This document shows positions 28,788-40,856 of a stretch of DNA of 64,000 nt, in pieces; within the stretch, counting starts at the first letter, position 1; every line of letters starts with the position of its first letter. The stretch spans positions 192,001-256,000 of the forward strand of contig OZ219802.1 of assembly GCA_964291655.2 (NCBI GenBank), given 5' to 3'. The DNA is from Chloroflexota bacterium. Its GTDB lineage: Bacteria; Chloroflexota; UBA11872; VXOZ01. Below the pieces are notes generated by a model. The model did not search any database. It had not been told where the DNA came from and was given only the letters and a program-made list of their open reading frames with translations. The position numbers and the translations under genes are program-made.

Positions 28788-30287
28788 TTAGTTCTTCTCT
28801 TCAAGCCGCACGCGCACGACGGTCAGCCCAAGTGACGGTGCAACCACGTCTATCTGTCCGCTGGCATCCACGGTGGAAGAACCAGAATTCGGCCTGACTA
28901 CATTTGGCTCTTCCCAAGTGTTGTGTGCCTTGGGGTCGCCGCCGGTGAGCACCGCAGTCTTCAGGTCGGCGGTTGCTCGACGATCTCCGAATGAAACCTG
29001 GACTTCAACATCGTCTGTCAAGCTTCTGTTGACGAGAAAGACGCAGACGGAATCGCTTTCTGCGTGATAGCTTGCCGACACGTCCAACACCGGTACTTCC
29101 CCTCTGGACCCAGCCGTATACGTGGGGCTATCCACAATTGGCGCGAGCGACATGCCGCACGCGTGCTGTGAGAATAGCTGAAATGGATAGTAGATGCTCT
29201 GAATGAGCATGCCGTCAGGCTTTGTGAGAATGGGTGCGATGACATTGACGATTTGGGCGAGGCAGGCGATCTTCACGATATCGGCGTGCCGCAAGAAGCT
29301 ATTCAAGAATTGAGCGCAGACGAGGGCGTCCTCCAGGTTATAGACCTCCTCGATCAAGTGCGGAGCGTGAGTCCAAGCGCCATCTATCATGCGGTCCTTG
29401 TACCAGACATTCCACTCATCAAAGGCAACGTAGACCTGTCTGTCGCTTCTCTTGACGCCACGCACATAGGCCAGAAGACCGGCGTAGTCGTTCAAGACCC
29501 GGTCTATCTCCACGCCCTCCGCCAGGAACCACGCGCTGTCATCCTCGGAATTGCGGCTGTAGCGGTGGGCGGAGATATACGCGACGTCCTCCCAGCAGGT
29601 TTCCAGCACCACGCGGTCCCACTCCAAGTAGGATTCCATATAGCGACCGGAGGAGCCGCACGCCACGAGCTCTATGGCAGGGTCAATCCCGTGCATTAGA
29701 CGGGCAGCCTGCTGCGCCTTTCCCGCGTACGCTTCTGCCGAGCAATGGCCCGCCTGCCACGGTCCGTCCATCTCATTGCCCAGGCACCAGAGGTCAATGC
29801 CGTAGGGTTCGGAGTTGCCGTTCTGTCGTCGTGCGTCGGACCAATGCGTGCCGCCCGGAAAGTTGCAGTACTCGACGAGTTCTGCTGCTTCGCGCGGCCC
29901 CAGCGTGCCCAGATTGACCGCCATCATGGGCTCTAAGTCCATCCAGCGGCACCAGCCCACAAATTCGTCTACGCCAAACGTGTTCGGCTCAATGCTCTTC
30001 CACGCAAAGTCCGGCCGCACAGGACGCCGGTCTTGCGGCCCCACACCATCACGCCAATCGTAGTTGCTGACAAAGTTGCCGCCGGGATACCGCATGTACG
30101 GCATTCCCAGCCGCCGCAACGCTTCACCCACGTCGGTGCGAAAACCATTAGCATTGCTTAGCGGACTAGCAGGATCATAGATCCCCTCGTACACTGCCCT
30201 GCCCATGTGCTCGACGAATCCGCTGAAGATGCGCCGGTCAATCTCGCCGACGTGGCGGTCGACGTCCAAGCGAATCGATGCTTTCAC
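28788..30287 (-). CDS. Alpha-L-arabinofuranosidase, GH51
   Basis: FVEHMGRAVYEGIY, RYPGGNF, WCLGNEMDGPWQ, FDEWNVW, AQIVNVI; GTG 30287 after AGGAG. Confidence 0.95.
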   Translation of the reverse strand: MKASIRLDVDRHVGEIDRRIFSGFVEHMGRAVYEGIYDPASPLSNANGFRTDVGEALRRLGMPYMRYPGGNFVSNYDWRDGVGPQDRRPVRPDFAWKSIEPNTFGVDEFVGWCRWMDLEPMMAVNLGTLGPREAAELVEYCNFPGGTHWSDARRQNGNSEPYGIDLWCLGNEMDGPWQAGHCSAEAYAGKAQQAARLMHGIDPAIELVACGSSGRYMESYLEWDRVVLETCWEDVAYISAHRYSRNSEDDSAWFLAEGVEIDRVLNDYAGLLAYVRGVKRSDRQVYVAFDEWNVWYKDRMIDGAWTHAPHLIEEVYNLEDALVCAQFLNSFLRHADIVKIACLAQIVNVIAPILTKPDGMLIQSIYYPFQLFSQHACGMSLAPIVDSPTYTAGSRGEVPVLDVSASYHAESDSVCVFLVNRSLTDDVEVQVSFGDRRATADLKTAVLTGGDPKAHNTWEEPNVVRPNSGSSTVDASGQIDVVAPSLGLTVVRVRLEEKN

Positions 30288-30451
30288 ACAGTTTCTCCTC
30301 TGTGGTTGCGATACCGCCCAGCGCTGAGTATCCCACATGGCAGTCATGCTGACCGTAGCCGCAAGCCAGACGGTTCATATGACCGCAATGGAGACTAGTA
30401 TCGCAAATGCAGGGACAGTCAGGAAAGTGTCGGAGAGAGAACCGGTTGACG

Positions 30452-30910
30452 TTACCTGTACATCAGGATCGAATGCATCCGATAGCCATGCCGCTCGTAG
30501 AACTGAAAGGTGGCTAACCAGTCCACGTTGTTCGAGCCAACCATTGAGCGCACGATTCCTTCCGCTTCCGCTCTGTCCAAGAGAGCCTGCACGAGTCGCG
30601 TTCCAAGGCTCTGATCGCGGTGGTCGGCATGCACAAAGACCTCATCAACGTTCAAGTACTGCTCACCCTCGTGCCTAAAGATGTAGCCCTTACCAAGTTT
30701 CACGACGCCCGCAGCGTAAGCTACGACCTCGCCCTGAAACTCGCCCACGAGGAAGTAACCACCGTCGAGCCAGGACCGAAGATGCTCAGCCGTACACATG
30801 ACATAGCCGTCTGTACAGCCTTCTTCTGCCCACAGCCGCGATAGGTCTATGACAGTCTGCACATCATCTAAAGAAGCCGGCCTTACAAAAAAACCAGCGG
30901 CGCCGTTCAT
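30452..30910 (-). CDS. GNAT family N-acetyltransferase
   Basis: FVHADHRDQSLGTRLV motif A; FYERHGY. Confidence 0.85.
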   Translation of the reverse strand: MNGAAGFFVRPASLDDVQTVIDLSRLWAEEGCTDGYVMCTAEHLRSWLDGGYFLVGEFQGEVVAYAAGVVKLGKGYIFRHEGEQYLNVDEVFVHADHRDQSLGTRLVQALLDRAEAEGIVRSMVGSNNVDWLATFQFYERHGYRMHSILMYR

Positions 30911-31121
30911 TTCTACAAAACCCTAGAATGAGGTGGATTCAAGAATTCTTGCAAGTGTGTCTGGAATCAATGAGCACGCCGTGGTTCTAGACCGGACCTA
31001 GGTAGCCGCGGATGAAACAATGGCGCTTTGTGTTTGGACTTCAACAGAAACCCGCCCTTGACGCCAATGCCTCGCGAATATTCTGTGAGTAAGCACCGCG
31101 TTCAGAGCGCGGACGAAAACG

Positions 31122-32288
31122 TCAGGCTCGTGCGAGAACCGGCATCCAGCCAAGCTCTTCCTGCCAATTCGGCGCGACGTCGCCAAACCTGTCCATGCGC
31201 AGTCCGCTTATGTCAACGCTGGACTCGCCGTGCAAGACCAATTCGCTCACAACCTTGCCCGTGGCGGCTGCGATGGCGAAGCCATGCGCCGACGCGGAAA
31301 CAAACACAAAGTTGCTCGGGTGGTCCAGGATGTCAAAGATCGGCAGGGAGTCCGGGGCCTGTTCAATCACACCGGCCCAACTCCGAATTACCGGTACATC
31401 CGCCGCTACTGGAAACAGGTCCGCAAGTCGTCTGGCAATATTCCGTATGAGGGGCGTGTTTGGTTTGCTGGGATCAGAGGTCAGATCCACATCAATCCAC
31501 TCGTGGGGACCGCCACCGTAGAGCAGATTGCCCTTCTTGGCCTGGCGCCCGTAGAGTCCGTTGCCCACCAGGGCGCACTGAAAGAGTGGTTCTAGGGGGG
31601 CAGTGGCAATAATCTCCGCCCGTGCTGTCGCTAGCGGTACGCGCACGCCAACCATCTCTAGGAACAATGCCGTCTGTGGCCCGGCAGCACAAACCACTGC
31701 GTCTGCTTCGATGTCGCCGGCAGACGTCTCAACCGCCGAGACCCTCCCGCCGGTGAGCTTGAAGCCGGTGGCAGCAGTGTGCTGGTAAAGCCTGCCACCC
31801 CTATCTTGAAATGCCCAGGCAAATGCCTGGACCGACCGCTGTGGGTTGGCGTGAGCACCCATGGGGAAAAAAATGCCGCCGAGGGACCTATCGGTGACAC
31901 AGGGCGCCATGTCCTGTATGTCGGATGGGTCCAACACGTCCACCTGCACGCCGGACCGCTCCCCGACTTCGCGCTCGGTCACGTAGCGGCCCATTTCCGC
32001 TTCCGATACGGCGACTTGGAGCCTGCCCTTTTGCACGAATTCGGTAGGATACCCCAACTCATCATCCAGTGTCGGCCACAGTCGCACAGACTCCACCGCC
32101 AACGGCACCAAAGCCGGCTCGTCGGTGCGCTCGCTAATCATCCCGCCGTTGCGCCCGGAAGCCTCGGCTCCCACGACCCCTTTTTCAACAACGACGACGT
32201 CCTTGCCTGCCTTGGCAAGATGGTAGGCAGTGCTGAGGCCCGAAATGCCGCCCCCAATGATGACGACGTCTGCTCTGTTACTAGGCAT
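31122..32288 (-). CDS. FAD-dependent oxidoreductase, DAO family (opine oxidase B / HcnC / sarcosine oxidase beta-like)
   Basis: IGGGISG, ASGRNGG, RSWAG..PD..P, HGF. Confidence 0.88.
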   Translation of the reverse strand: MPSNRADVVIIGGGISGLSTAYHLAKAGKDVVVVEKGVVGAEASGRNGGMISERTDEPALVPLAVESVRLWPTLDDELGYPTEFVQKGRLQVAVSEAEMGRYVTEREVGERSGVQVDVLDPSDIQDMAPCVTDRSLGGIFFPMGAHANPQRSVQAFAWAFQDRGGRLYQHTAATGFKLTGGRVSAVETSAGDIEADAVVCAAGPQTALFLEMVGVRVPLATARAEIIATAPLEPLFQCALVGNGLYGRQAKKGNLLYGGGPHEWIDVDLTSDPSKPNTPLIRNIARRLADLFPVAADVPVIRSWAGVIEQAPDSLPIFDILDHPSNFVFVSASAHGFAIAAATGKVVSELVLHGESSVDISGLRMDRFGDVAPNWQEELGWMPVLARA

Positions 32289-32319
32289 ATTGCCTCTCCG
32301 CTGATCTATAGATCACTGC

Positions 32320-33852
32320 CTACCCCAACACTCTACTCACGGGAATGAACCACTTGACCCAATTCTCGCGCATCTCCTCAGTCTCATCGTGGGGCCACAT
32401 CACACTCAGCGGCAGCGGTCGCACGGGTGGCCGGTAGGACATATAAGGCACTTCTGAAATATCGGTACCGGACTCCGCAGCCAGCAGCAGCGATGCCTGC
32501 TCGCGGCAGCGCCTGCCCTGACACTGGCCCATTCCCACCCGCGTGAGGCGCCTGACTTGGTCTGGATCGACTGGCCCATCCTGCAATTGGGTTTGCAGGC
32601 TCCGACTGTTCATCTGCTTCGACCGCCAATCCAAGTAACGGGGCGGGTCCAAGTCTATGAGTTCCCCGCGGGTAACTTCCTCGCACTCGCAGACAAGCAC
32701 ATCCAGCCCGCCTACATTGACAAGTGACTGCAGCCATTGAATCCAAACTGAATGAACGGCGGCCGGGCTGGCAGCGACTGCCTCAGCCTGAATCTCGGCG
32801 CGCCGGGCGCGGGCCTGCGCGCTATCGATAGCGCCGAGCGATTCGGCAGCGCCAATGCCGGCGAGGCGGCCTTGATTGCGGGCGACATTGTCGTCCAGGG
32901 TCATGCCATCGTGGAATCCTGCAACATCACCCGCGACAAACACGTTCTCTACGCTGGTTCGCATGCACTCATCATGGTCCGGCACGTATCCACCAAGCTC
33001 AGACTTGAAGGTTACGTCGCAGTCCAGAAGACTGAGAAGCTCTATATTGGGCACGAGGCCGATGGCTTGGCACACTGTATCGGCGGCGATCGTCTTCTCT
33101 GAACCGCTGACCGGCTCGTTGCTATCGTCTACCGCCACGAGCACGACGGACTCGATACCGTCTTCGCCGCCGACGGCCTCCTTTAAGGTATGTGAGGTGT
33201 AAAGGTCAACGCCGTCTTGCTGCAGATCTCTCGCGAGGGAATCGTCGCCGCGCACGGATGAGGACACGTCAACAATGGCGACTACCTCAATGCCATTGGC
33301 GAGTGCCATTCTGGCAGTGTGGAGTCCCACGTTGCCGGAGCCCATGATCACCATACGCCGCGAAGTCAATGCCTGGTAGCGATGTAGCAGCGCGTGAGCG
33401 CCGTTGGCTCCCATCGCTCCCGCCAGGTCTGAACCGGCAAACGAGAAGCTCAAGTCTCGGGCGCCGGCCGCCACAATGAGCCGGTCGTACTTTATGACCC
33501 ACGATTGCTTGTCGTCGGCCAAGCCGAGTTGCGGACCATCGAGTCTCCGGCTGGTTTCCGTGTTGCGGAAGGCACCCCAGACGCACGTGCCAAGCTGAAC
33601 CTCGACACCGGCTGCCTCCGCCTCACTGAGCGTAGGGTTTGCCGCGGTCACCCTCTCCAGCATTGCATTCTTATTCGCGAGTGAGGATGTGGCCCGCTTG
33701 CCAAAGAAAAGTGGTACGTCTAAGTCCATCATGGACTTGCCGATGGGATTCTCGTCGATAAGTGTGACCTGCACGCCGGCTCTGGCGGCTTCAATGGCAG
33801 CAGCCGTGCCGGCAGTACCCGCTCCCACAACTACCAGCGGTTTTGTTTCCAT
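32320..33852 (-). CDS. FAD/NAD(P)-binding oxidoreductase with BFD-like [2Fe-2S] C-terminus (opine oxidase A / HcnB-like)
   Basis: VGAGTAG, AAGAR, VFVAGD, VCECEEV...TRVGMGQCQGRRC, RPPVRP. Confidence 0.88.
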   Translation of the reverse strand: METKPLVVVGAGTAGTAAAIEAARAGVQVTLIDENPIGKSMMDLDVPLFFGKRATSSLANKNAMLERVTAANPTLSEAEAAGVEVQLGTCVWGAFRNTETSRRLDGPQLGLADDKQSWVIKYDRLIVAAGARDLSFSFAGSDLAGAMGANGAHALLHRYQALTSRRMVIMGSGNVGLHTARMALANGIEVVAIVDVSSSVRGDDSLARDLQQDGVDLYTSHTLKEAVGGEDGIESVVLVAVDDSNEPVSGSEKTIAADTVCQAIGLVPNIELLSLLDCDVTFKSELGGYVPDHDECMRTSVENVFVAGDVAGFHDGMTLDDNVARNQGRLAGIGAAESLGAIDSAQARARRAEIQAEAVAASPAAVHSVWIQWLQSLVNVGGLDVLVCECEEVTRGELIDLDPPRYLDWRSKQMNSRSLQTQLQDGPVDPDQVRRLTRVGMGQCQGRRCREQASLLLAAESGTDISEVPYMSYRPPVRPLPLSVMWPHDETEEMRENWVKWFIPVSRVLG

Positions 33853-33891
33853 GCTTGCCCCTCTTGCCACATCGGAGGCTAGTTACTAGAT

Positions 33892-34992
33892 TTAGGTGCT
33901 TGGGAGAGCTACTCCCTCTTCCGCGACGGCCTGCGTGCTCACTCGCGGCGCGGAGATTCGGCCCGGCAGTGCGCCGTCCAGCCCATTGATGTATCCCGGA
34001 CCGAATCCACAGCACGTGCCAATAACCTGGACTCCCATGCCGACCCATGCGCCGGCCTCCCGCTGCAAGTCCTGCGCGGATTCTTCATTTACGGCACTGG
34101 CGTCTTGCTTGACGTCGAGATAGTCTTGCCGGCCCGCGTCCGGATAGGCCATGACGGGACCGGACCACTCGTCCAAGACCACCTGCAGCGCTTTCGTGGT
34201 GTCATGCAAACGACTATGGAACACACCAAGGACGTCAGGCCCAATCGCCGCAATCTCGCTAGCCGCGACGGCCAGGGTCTTCTCATTGTCGACTGGTCGC
34301 CAGGTGGACGTCCACATCGGCAGCCCTATGCCAACGCTGTAATTCCGATCGGCCGCGAAGTCCATGCGTACGGTCTGCCCATCCTCGCCCAGCGAAGCCG
34401 TAAATGCCACCCACACCGGCAGTCCCGTGCTCTTCGCCGCTTCCGTGGCAATTGCCCGAGATTCGTTGTCCGCCCACAGAGTCTCGATGAGGAAGAAGTC
34501 CACGCCGGACTCAGCCAGGATGTCCGCTTGCTCCCGGGCGTGGAACCGCAACTCCTCAACCGAGAGACTGGCGCCGTAGCCGTAGCCCGTGCCTCCGAGG
34601 AGCCTTCCGGTTCTGCCATCGCGAACTGGAATACGGCACGAGATCGAGCCGGCAATATACACGGGTTTCTCGCCGGCAGCACGGTACCTGGCATCCAGCG
34701 CCGCATCCACGGCCCGTGTGTTTACTTCCCGTACCAATTCCCCGTAGCCAGATGCCTCCAAGGCGGGACGCAGCGTATTGAACGTGTTCGTGGTGATAAT
34801 TTCCGCTCCCGCTCGTATGTAACGCTCGTGCATCTTGCGGACTGTAGCCGTATGCGTATAGTTGGCTGGACCACACCAAGAGGCGGGGTCCATAGGCACT
34901 CCCATCGCCTGCAGCTCCGTCCCAATTGCACCATCCAAGATGATCACGTCGCCGCTCTCAAGGCGGGTCTTCAGCTCCGCGTACTTGGACAT
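33892..34992 (-). CDS. Homocysteine S-methyltransferase family protein
   Basis: ILDGAIGTEL, H..YI.AGA.IITTNTF, IAGSIS, IETL, IGTCCG.GP. Confidence 0.9.
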   Translation of the reverse strand: MSKYAELKTRLESGDVIILDGAIGTELQAMGVPMDPASWCGPANYTHTATVRKMHERYIRAGAEIITTNTFNTLRPALEASGYGELVREVNTRAVDAALDARYRAAGEKPVYIAGSISCRIPVRDGRTGRLLGGTGYGYGASLSVEELRFHAREQADILAESGVDFFLIETLWADNESRAIATEAAKSTGLPVWVAFTASLGEDGQTVRMDFAADRNYSVGIGLPMWTSTWRPVDNEKTLAVAASEIAAIGPDVLGVFHSRLHDTTKALQVVLDEWSGPVMAYPDAGRQDYLDVKQDASAVNEESAQDLQREAGAWVGMGVQVIGTCCGFGPGYINGLDGALPGRISAPRVSTQAVAEEGVALPST

Positions 34993-35088
34993 TTCCTGTC
35001 ACCTCAGCACCGCTCGGCCCTGCTTTCTGGTAACGCTCCCAGAGGGCCGGCTACGCAACAAGAACCCTAGCTTTCTCAAGCTAGCGAC

Positions 35089-35117
35089 ATTCTAGTTTTC
35101 ATTTTCACTCAAGTCAA
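35089..35117 (-). promoter_or_regulatory. Sigma70-like promoter for the methyltransferase-oxidase operon
   Basis: TTGACT-17 nt-TAGAAT. Confidence 0.6.
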
Positions 35118-35329
35118 TAAGTCAAGACCACAAATACTGCATTTCATCGCGAAAAGTTACAATTTTCTCAGACGCACGGTGAAGAGCGCACCGGAGGCGC
35201 ATTGACGCGCCTGCAAAGCATGGTCGGCAGTGTCTTTCGGACCTGATCGACAGTTTGCTGGGCGCGACACATGGCGGTGCCTTCGCCGGGGTGAGGCGAA
35301 GGAACGGGTACTAGATTGGAAGGGAATTT

Positions 35330-35960
35330 TAGCGCAACCAGATAAGAGTGCCGACGAGACGAGGAAAGCAAGGTGTCTCCTCACCTGCTTGTCAAAGCGG
35401 GAGACGATGCGACAGAATTGCTTGATCTTGCCGATGCAGCACTCTAACAGATGTCGTACTAGGTGGAGTTTCGCAGCATAGGCGTGTGGCTTGCTGCGAC
35501 GCGCGCGCGGCGGTATCACTCGGAGCGCCCCACGCTGGATTACATCTCCGAGAAAGAGGCCGGAATTGTACGCGCGATCTGCGATCACATACGCTCTTGA
35601 AACCGGCGCTGCGCCCCTGCGCGCTTGGGTCACATCGTGTGCGTCTGATCTTTTCAACGGATAGCGCAAGGGGTTGCCGAGCGCAGCGACACTCGAATGG
35701 GTCTTGGTGCTGAACCCGCCACGGCTCCGTTCTAGACCCTGGGACGCATGCCCACTGTCTACTTGGGTGCACCGGCAGCGGAAGGATTGGCACGGACGAT
35801 GGTGCGGTCTAGGGTGAGGTGCGCCATGTGGAGGTCTGTGCTGAAGCACTGATGCATGCGCTCCCAGATTCCTCGTTCCATCCAACTGGCAAAGCGCCGA
35901 TAGTCGCGATTCCACTTGCCACAGTCGTCAGGCAGGAACCGCCATTGCACACCCGGCCGC
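35330..35960 (-). mobile_element. Degenerate IS5-family transposase remnant, 5'-truncated
   Basis: WRFLP..GKW...RRF..W...GIW, D.TIVRA...AAGA, then in a second frame RSRGGFSTK.H, IADRAY, R...E....K....I..RFDK. Confidence 0.8.
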
Positions 35961-35962
35961 TG

Positions 35963-36619
35963 TCAACGCTTTCGCGCGAGTACCAGCGGGTGGTTTTCGC
36001 TGACTTCCTGCATTGCCTCTTCATAGCCGGAACCCGTCGAATTTGACTCCAGCAGTGCAAGTCCAGCTTCATTCAAGATTCTCGCGTATTCGCTGAGGCT
36101 ATAATTGCTCCAATACATCGTCTCTCCAAAGAATTCGTCCTCCGTGTAGCCCGCCTCGCTGTAATGACTCAAAGTGCATAGCAGGTATCCGCCTGGTTTG
36201 AGCCACTGCTGGATCCGCCGAAAGAGTTCCGCATGTTCCTGTCTGGGAAGATGGAATACGGAGTAGAATGCCACCACTGCGTCGAAGCTGGAGGGAGGAA
36301 ACGTGGCCGACATGATGTCAGCACATACGAATTTGCCAGCTGGCACATTCTCCTGTGCGCGTTGGATCATCTCCGGTGAAATGTCCACTCCGGTTACACG
36401 GTAGCGTGCGGCCAGGGACGCGGCGATCGGTACTCCGGCGCCACAGCCAATGTCGAGCACCGTGTCACCGTCGTCCAGTCGACTCAGTAGTTCCCGCATC
36501 TCAGTCCCTGGCTCAGTCTTGCGAAATGCATCGTACGCTGCTGCACACGTGTCATATGCTTCTTTTACCAATGCCTTGTAGTCAACGTTCGGATCGATCG
36601 CAGGAATCACGAATGGCAT
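35963..36619 (-). CDS. Class I SAM-dependent methyltransferase
   Basis: VLDIGCGAGVP, GVDIS, FDAV, WLKPGG. Confidence 0.92.
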   Translation of the reverse strand: MPFVIPAIDPNVDYKALVKEAYDTCAAAYDAFRKTEPGTEMRELLSRLDDGDTVLDIGCGAGVPIAASLAARYRVTGVDISPEMIQRAQENVPAGKFVCADIMSATFPPSSFDAVVAFYSVFHLPRQEHAELFRRIQQWLKPGGYLLCTLSHYSEAGYTEDEFFGETMYWSNYSLSEYARILNEAGLALLESNSTGSGYEEAMQEVSENHPLVLARKR

Positions 36620-36774
36620 GCCTTTCTTATATCAGTTGCAAGTACCATTTAGATTCGTGAATCGGACAGTCGCGCCGGAGACGGGTGAGTGAGAGGCGTA
36701 AATGCAGCCAACAGAGGCAGGTTGGTTGCGATGAGTCGCCTTTGACAGGAATAAACGGTGAATTGAGAAAAGGG

Positions 36775-36849
36775 GGTGGCTGAGGGGACTCGAACCCCCA
36801 ACCGCTGGAGCCACAGTCCAGAGCTCTAACCTGTTGAGCTACAGCCACC
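36775..36849 (-). tRNA. tRNA-His(GTG), G-1 present, CCA not encoded
   Basis: Acceptor GTGGCTG/CAGCCAC; anticodon arm ctgga-ctGTGgc-tccag; GGTTCGAGTCC T-arm. Confidence 0.95.
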
Positions 36850-36870
36850 ATGCACGGCCAATCTTTGCTC

Positions 36871-36900
36871 AGTCTAGCAAGCTAATCGGTCCCTCGTCAA
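36871..36900 (-). promoter_or_regulatory. Promoter for tRNA-His
   Basis: TTGACG-18 nt-TAGACT with a TG extension. Confidence 0.55.
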
Positions 36901-37060
36901 TGAGACGAGCAGCAGGGCAACCAAGGCAATGGTGGGACGCTATCGTCGTTCGCACATTTCAGGTCTTAGCTGGAGACTAGGCGCTAGTTTCGCACTTGGC
37001 CGGGCACGTGCCAACTCTTGTACCCAGCCTGGACTAGGGGCCGCCCGCCGGAAACTTCGG

Positions 37061-37972
37061 TCACGCTGCTCCCAAATGCGCCGTAATCTCGCTGTTTGTC
37101 GCAATCCAACAGCCGCCGGGCTTCTCTAGCGCATAGCGGATCACGGTATCGAGTATGTCGCAGTGAGGGTCGCGGGCGGCCATAGCGGGCGGATGGAAGG
37201 CAAGACTCAGGATGTAGCGGTTCGCGTGGGCGTGGTCAATCGCCGTTTTAAGCAATCTGACGTACTCCCAACGGTCCAGATCGAGAACTCGAAACGCCGC
37301 GATATCAGTCAGAGCCATAGGCGCGATCTCCAGCAAGCCGTTTGGATAGCGATATGGCTGGAGCTGGTTAATGTTCTTGCACATGGCGGCTTCGACGTGA
37401 TCGAGCGGCGGGCGCTTGGCTCCCCGCGGGGCCGGGCTAAGGTAGTGCGAGGTGACGTGGGTGAAGCCTTCGTCTTTGAGCAGCGCCTGGACCTCGGGCA
37501 CGTCGTGCAGCCCCGTGCTGAACGCGCCCGGCGTACCAAAGCCGGTAGCGGTAACGCCGAGCCGCTCCCGTATTGCGGCATTCGTGGCACGCACTTCGTC
37601 GCAGATGATCTGCAGCGGCGCGCGCCCGTTGGCCAGCCACGGCGTGCCGGCATACACAACCTGCAAGCTCTCGACGGTCTTTGCTTTGACGTTGAGGTGG
37701 GTGTACGTGTGGTTGCCCACCTCGTGACCTGCTGCAACGAGCTCTTTCAGATAGTCGATGTCCGGGTCCTCGAACGAACTGCCCACCAGCAGGCAATAGA
37801 GATGCACCCCGAACGAGCGTGCTACCTCGTGCATCTTCAGCACGTACTGCTTGCTGTCCGCATCCAGCGCGCCCTTTAGATGGTTCCATTGTGATGTCCA
37901 GTAGGGGAAATTCGTGCACATCTCAACCGCGGGCCGCAAACTGAGACAAAACTCCGCGCCATTTGGAAACAT
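37061..37972 (-). CDS. Polysaccharide deacetylase (NodB-like) family protein
   Basis: GHEVGNHTYTH, GF.TPG, LAFHP. Confidence 0.8.
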   Translation of the reverse strand: MFPNGAEFCLSLRPAVEMCTNFPYWTSQWNHLKGALDADSKQYVLKMHEVARSFGVHLYCLLVGSSFEDPDIDYLKELVAAGHEVGNHTYTHLNVKAKTVESLQVVYAGTPWLANGRAPLQIICDEVRATNAAIRERLGVTATGFGTPGAFSTGLHDVPEVQALLKDEGFTHVTSHYLSPAPRGAKRPPLDHVEAAMCKNINQLQPYRYPNGLLEIAPMALTDIAAFRVLDLDRWEYVRLLKTAIDHAHANRYILSLAFHPPAMAARDPHCDILDTVIRYALEKPGGCWIATNSEITAHLGAA

Positions 37973-37995
37973 GCAATCCCAGTCCTACGTTTGGT

Positions 37996-38820
37996 TTATA
38001 CGTCTACGCGCGCTGCAGCTACGGCGCGACACGCCGTCATGAACTGATCGAAGCCGATCGTGTCGCCCACGTGCTTCTGAAACTCGATGAGGGCTATCTT
38101 CGTAATCAGCCGGTCCTGGAACGTCTCTGGGATCTCAGTCCCCAGCGTGGCCTCGCGAATGAGGAAAATCCGGTACCCGTAGGCCAACATCGGTCTGGTG
38201 GCCCCTTCCGACCCCTGTATGCACATGTTCGTTGCAAAACCCGAATAGATGAGGTTCTTAATGCCCCGGCTGCGGCAGATGCGGTCGAACTGCGCACTGG
38301 TGAGAATGACCTGATCGCCCGGCTCTGCCTCGCACGACGAGAGTATGCGCATCTGCTGCCAGCCATCCCACTCCATGTACCCGTGGCCGTGAGTCCGCTC
38401 CGCCCGCACTTTGCGCCAGCCGGGGTTGACCTCGGGAGGACCCGGTGCCGGCCGCGGCGGGTTGAGGTCGTCGTCCTCCAACATGTGATGGACGGAATCA
38501 TACTTCAGGGCGATGTTGCGGGGCTCAACGTGGAAGATCGCTATGCCCGCAGCGCGCGCCGCATCAATCGCCGGCCGGATGAACTCTGCGGCTATCCGTA
38601 CAGATTCCGCTTGGGTTTCCGGCTTCCCCATGTCCACAGAAAAGTACTCGGGGACCGGCGGGCCGTTGACATCGCCGACATTCCAAAGATGCAAGGCCAC
38701 AAAGCCCGTCTCTTTGGGGTCCAGTGCAACATCTTCCTCTTCCCAGTCGGCGGTGGCCAGCGTCCGCGTTCGCCAGTGCCTACCACGCAGACGTAGCTTT
38801 GCTTTCGTCTCCGCAGTCAT
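37996..38820 (-). CDS. Isochorismatase/cysteine hydrolase family protein
   Basis: LDPKETG.V.LHLWN, AARAAGI.I.H, GIKNLIYSGFATNMC, GY...L.RE.T. Confidence 0.82.
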   Translation of the reverse strand: MTAETKAKLRLRGRHWRTRTLATADWEEEDVALDPKETGFVALHLWNVGDVNGPPVPEYFSVDMGKPETQAESVRIAAEFIRPAIDAARAAGIAIFHVEPRNIALKYDSVHHMLEDDDLNPPRPAPGPPEVNPGWRKVRAERTHGHGYMEWDGWQQMRILSSCEAEPGDQVILTSAQFDRICRSRGIKNLIYSGFATNMCIQGSEGATRPMLAYGYRIFLIREATLGTEIPETFQDRLITKIALIEFQKHVGDTIGFDQFMTACRAVAAARVDV

Positions 38821-39161
38821 CCTGTTTCCCTCTCTTAGTTGGGTATTTCTTCGTCCCTAGCAGTATATGGCAAGCAGATGGAAAGCCTACTCACTTGTGC
38901 ACCAATTATGCACACATCCTGTAGTCAAGAATACGTCTGCAGCACGCGATCGTTCAATTGGCTTCGGCAGCAGATCCCAAACTGCGGGTGGCCTCTCCGT
39001 CAACCGCATGCAGACTCGCGCTGCCAAGCGGGTCGTGCACTATGCCCATGGCGGTAAGACGTGACTGGCAAATGGCTCCTGTGCTCTGTCGCAGGCAATT
39101 GTTTGCAGCCGGGGGCAAGGGTCATCTCCAGTGGAGCCGGCAGTGGAGTGGCAGGCCACAG

Positions 39162-39191
39162 TTGACTCAAAAGGTTCAGGGGTGTTACTAT
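39162..39191 (+). promoter_or_regulatory. rRNA promoter
   Basis: TTGACT-18 nt-TACTAT with a TG extension, upstream of the 16S leader. Confidence 0.6.
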
Positions 39192-39321
39192 GATCTTTGC
39201 CTGTTTTTACACAGGCGGCTCCTTAACAGGTGAAGAGTGATGAAGGTAAGAGTGTTTATCGTAGGAGAGTTAGGCGCGAACATTTCGGGATACGGCGGTA
39301 CTTTTTTTCTGTTATCGCTTT

Positions 39322-40856
<1,535 letters not shown>

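Noticed and set aside
31122-33852. Hydrogen cyanide synthase (hcnBC) call
   Set aside because: The family also includes opine and proline oxidases, hcnA is absent, and the specific function cannot be assigned from motifs
34105-35070. 321-aa plus-strand ORF (similarly 37963-38796 + and 43947-44885 -)
   Set aside because: Antisense shadows of well-supported genes in GC-rich DNA
35963-36849. tRNA-anchored prophage or integrative element
   Set aside because: No integrase, phage genes or visible att duplication in the window
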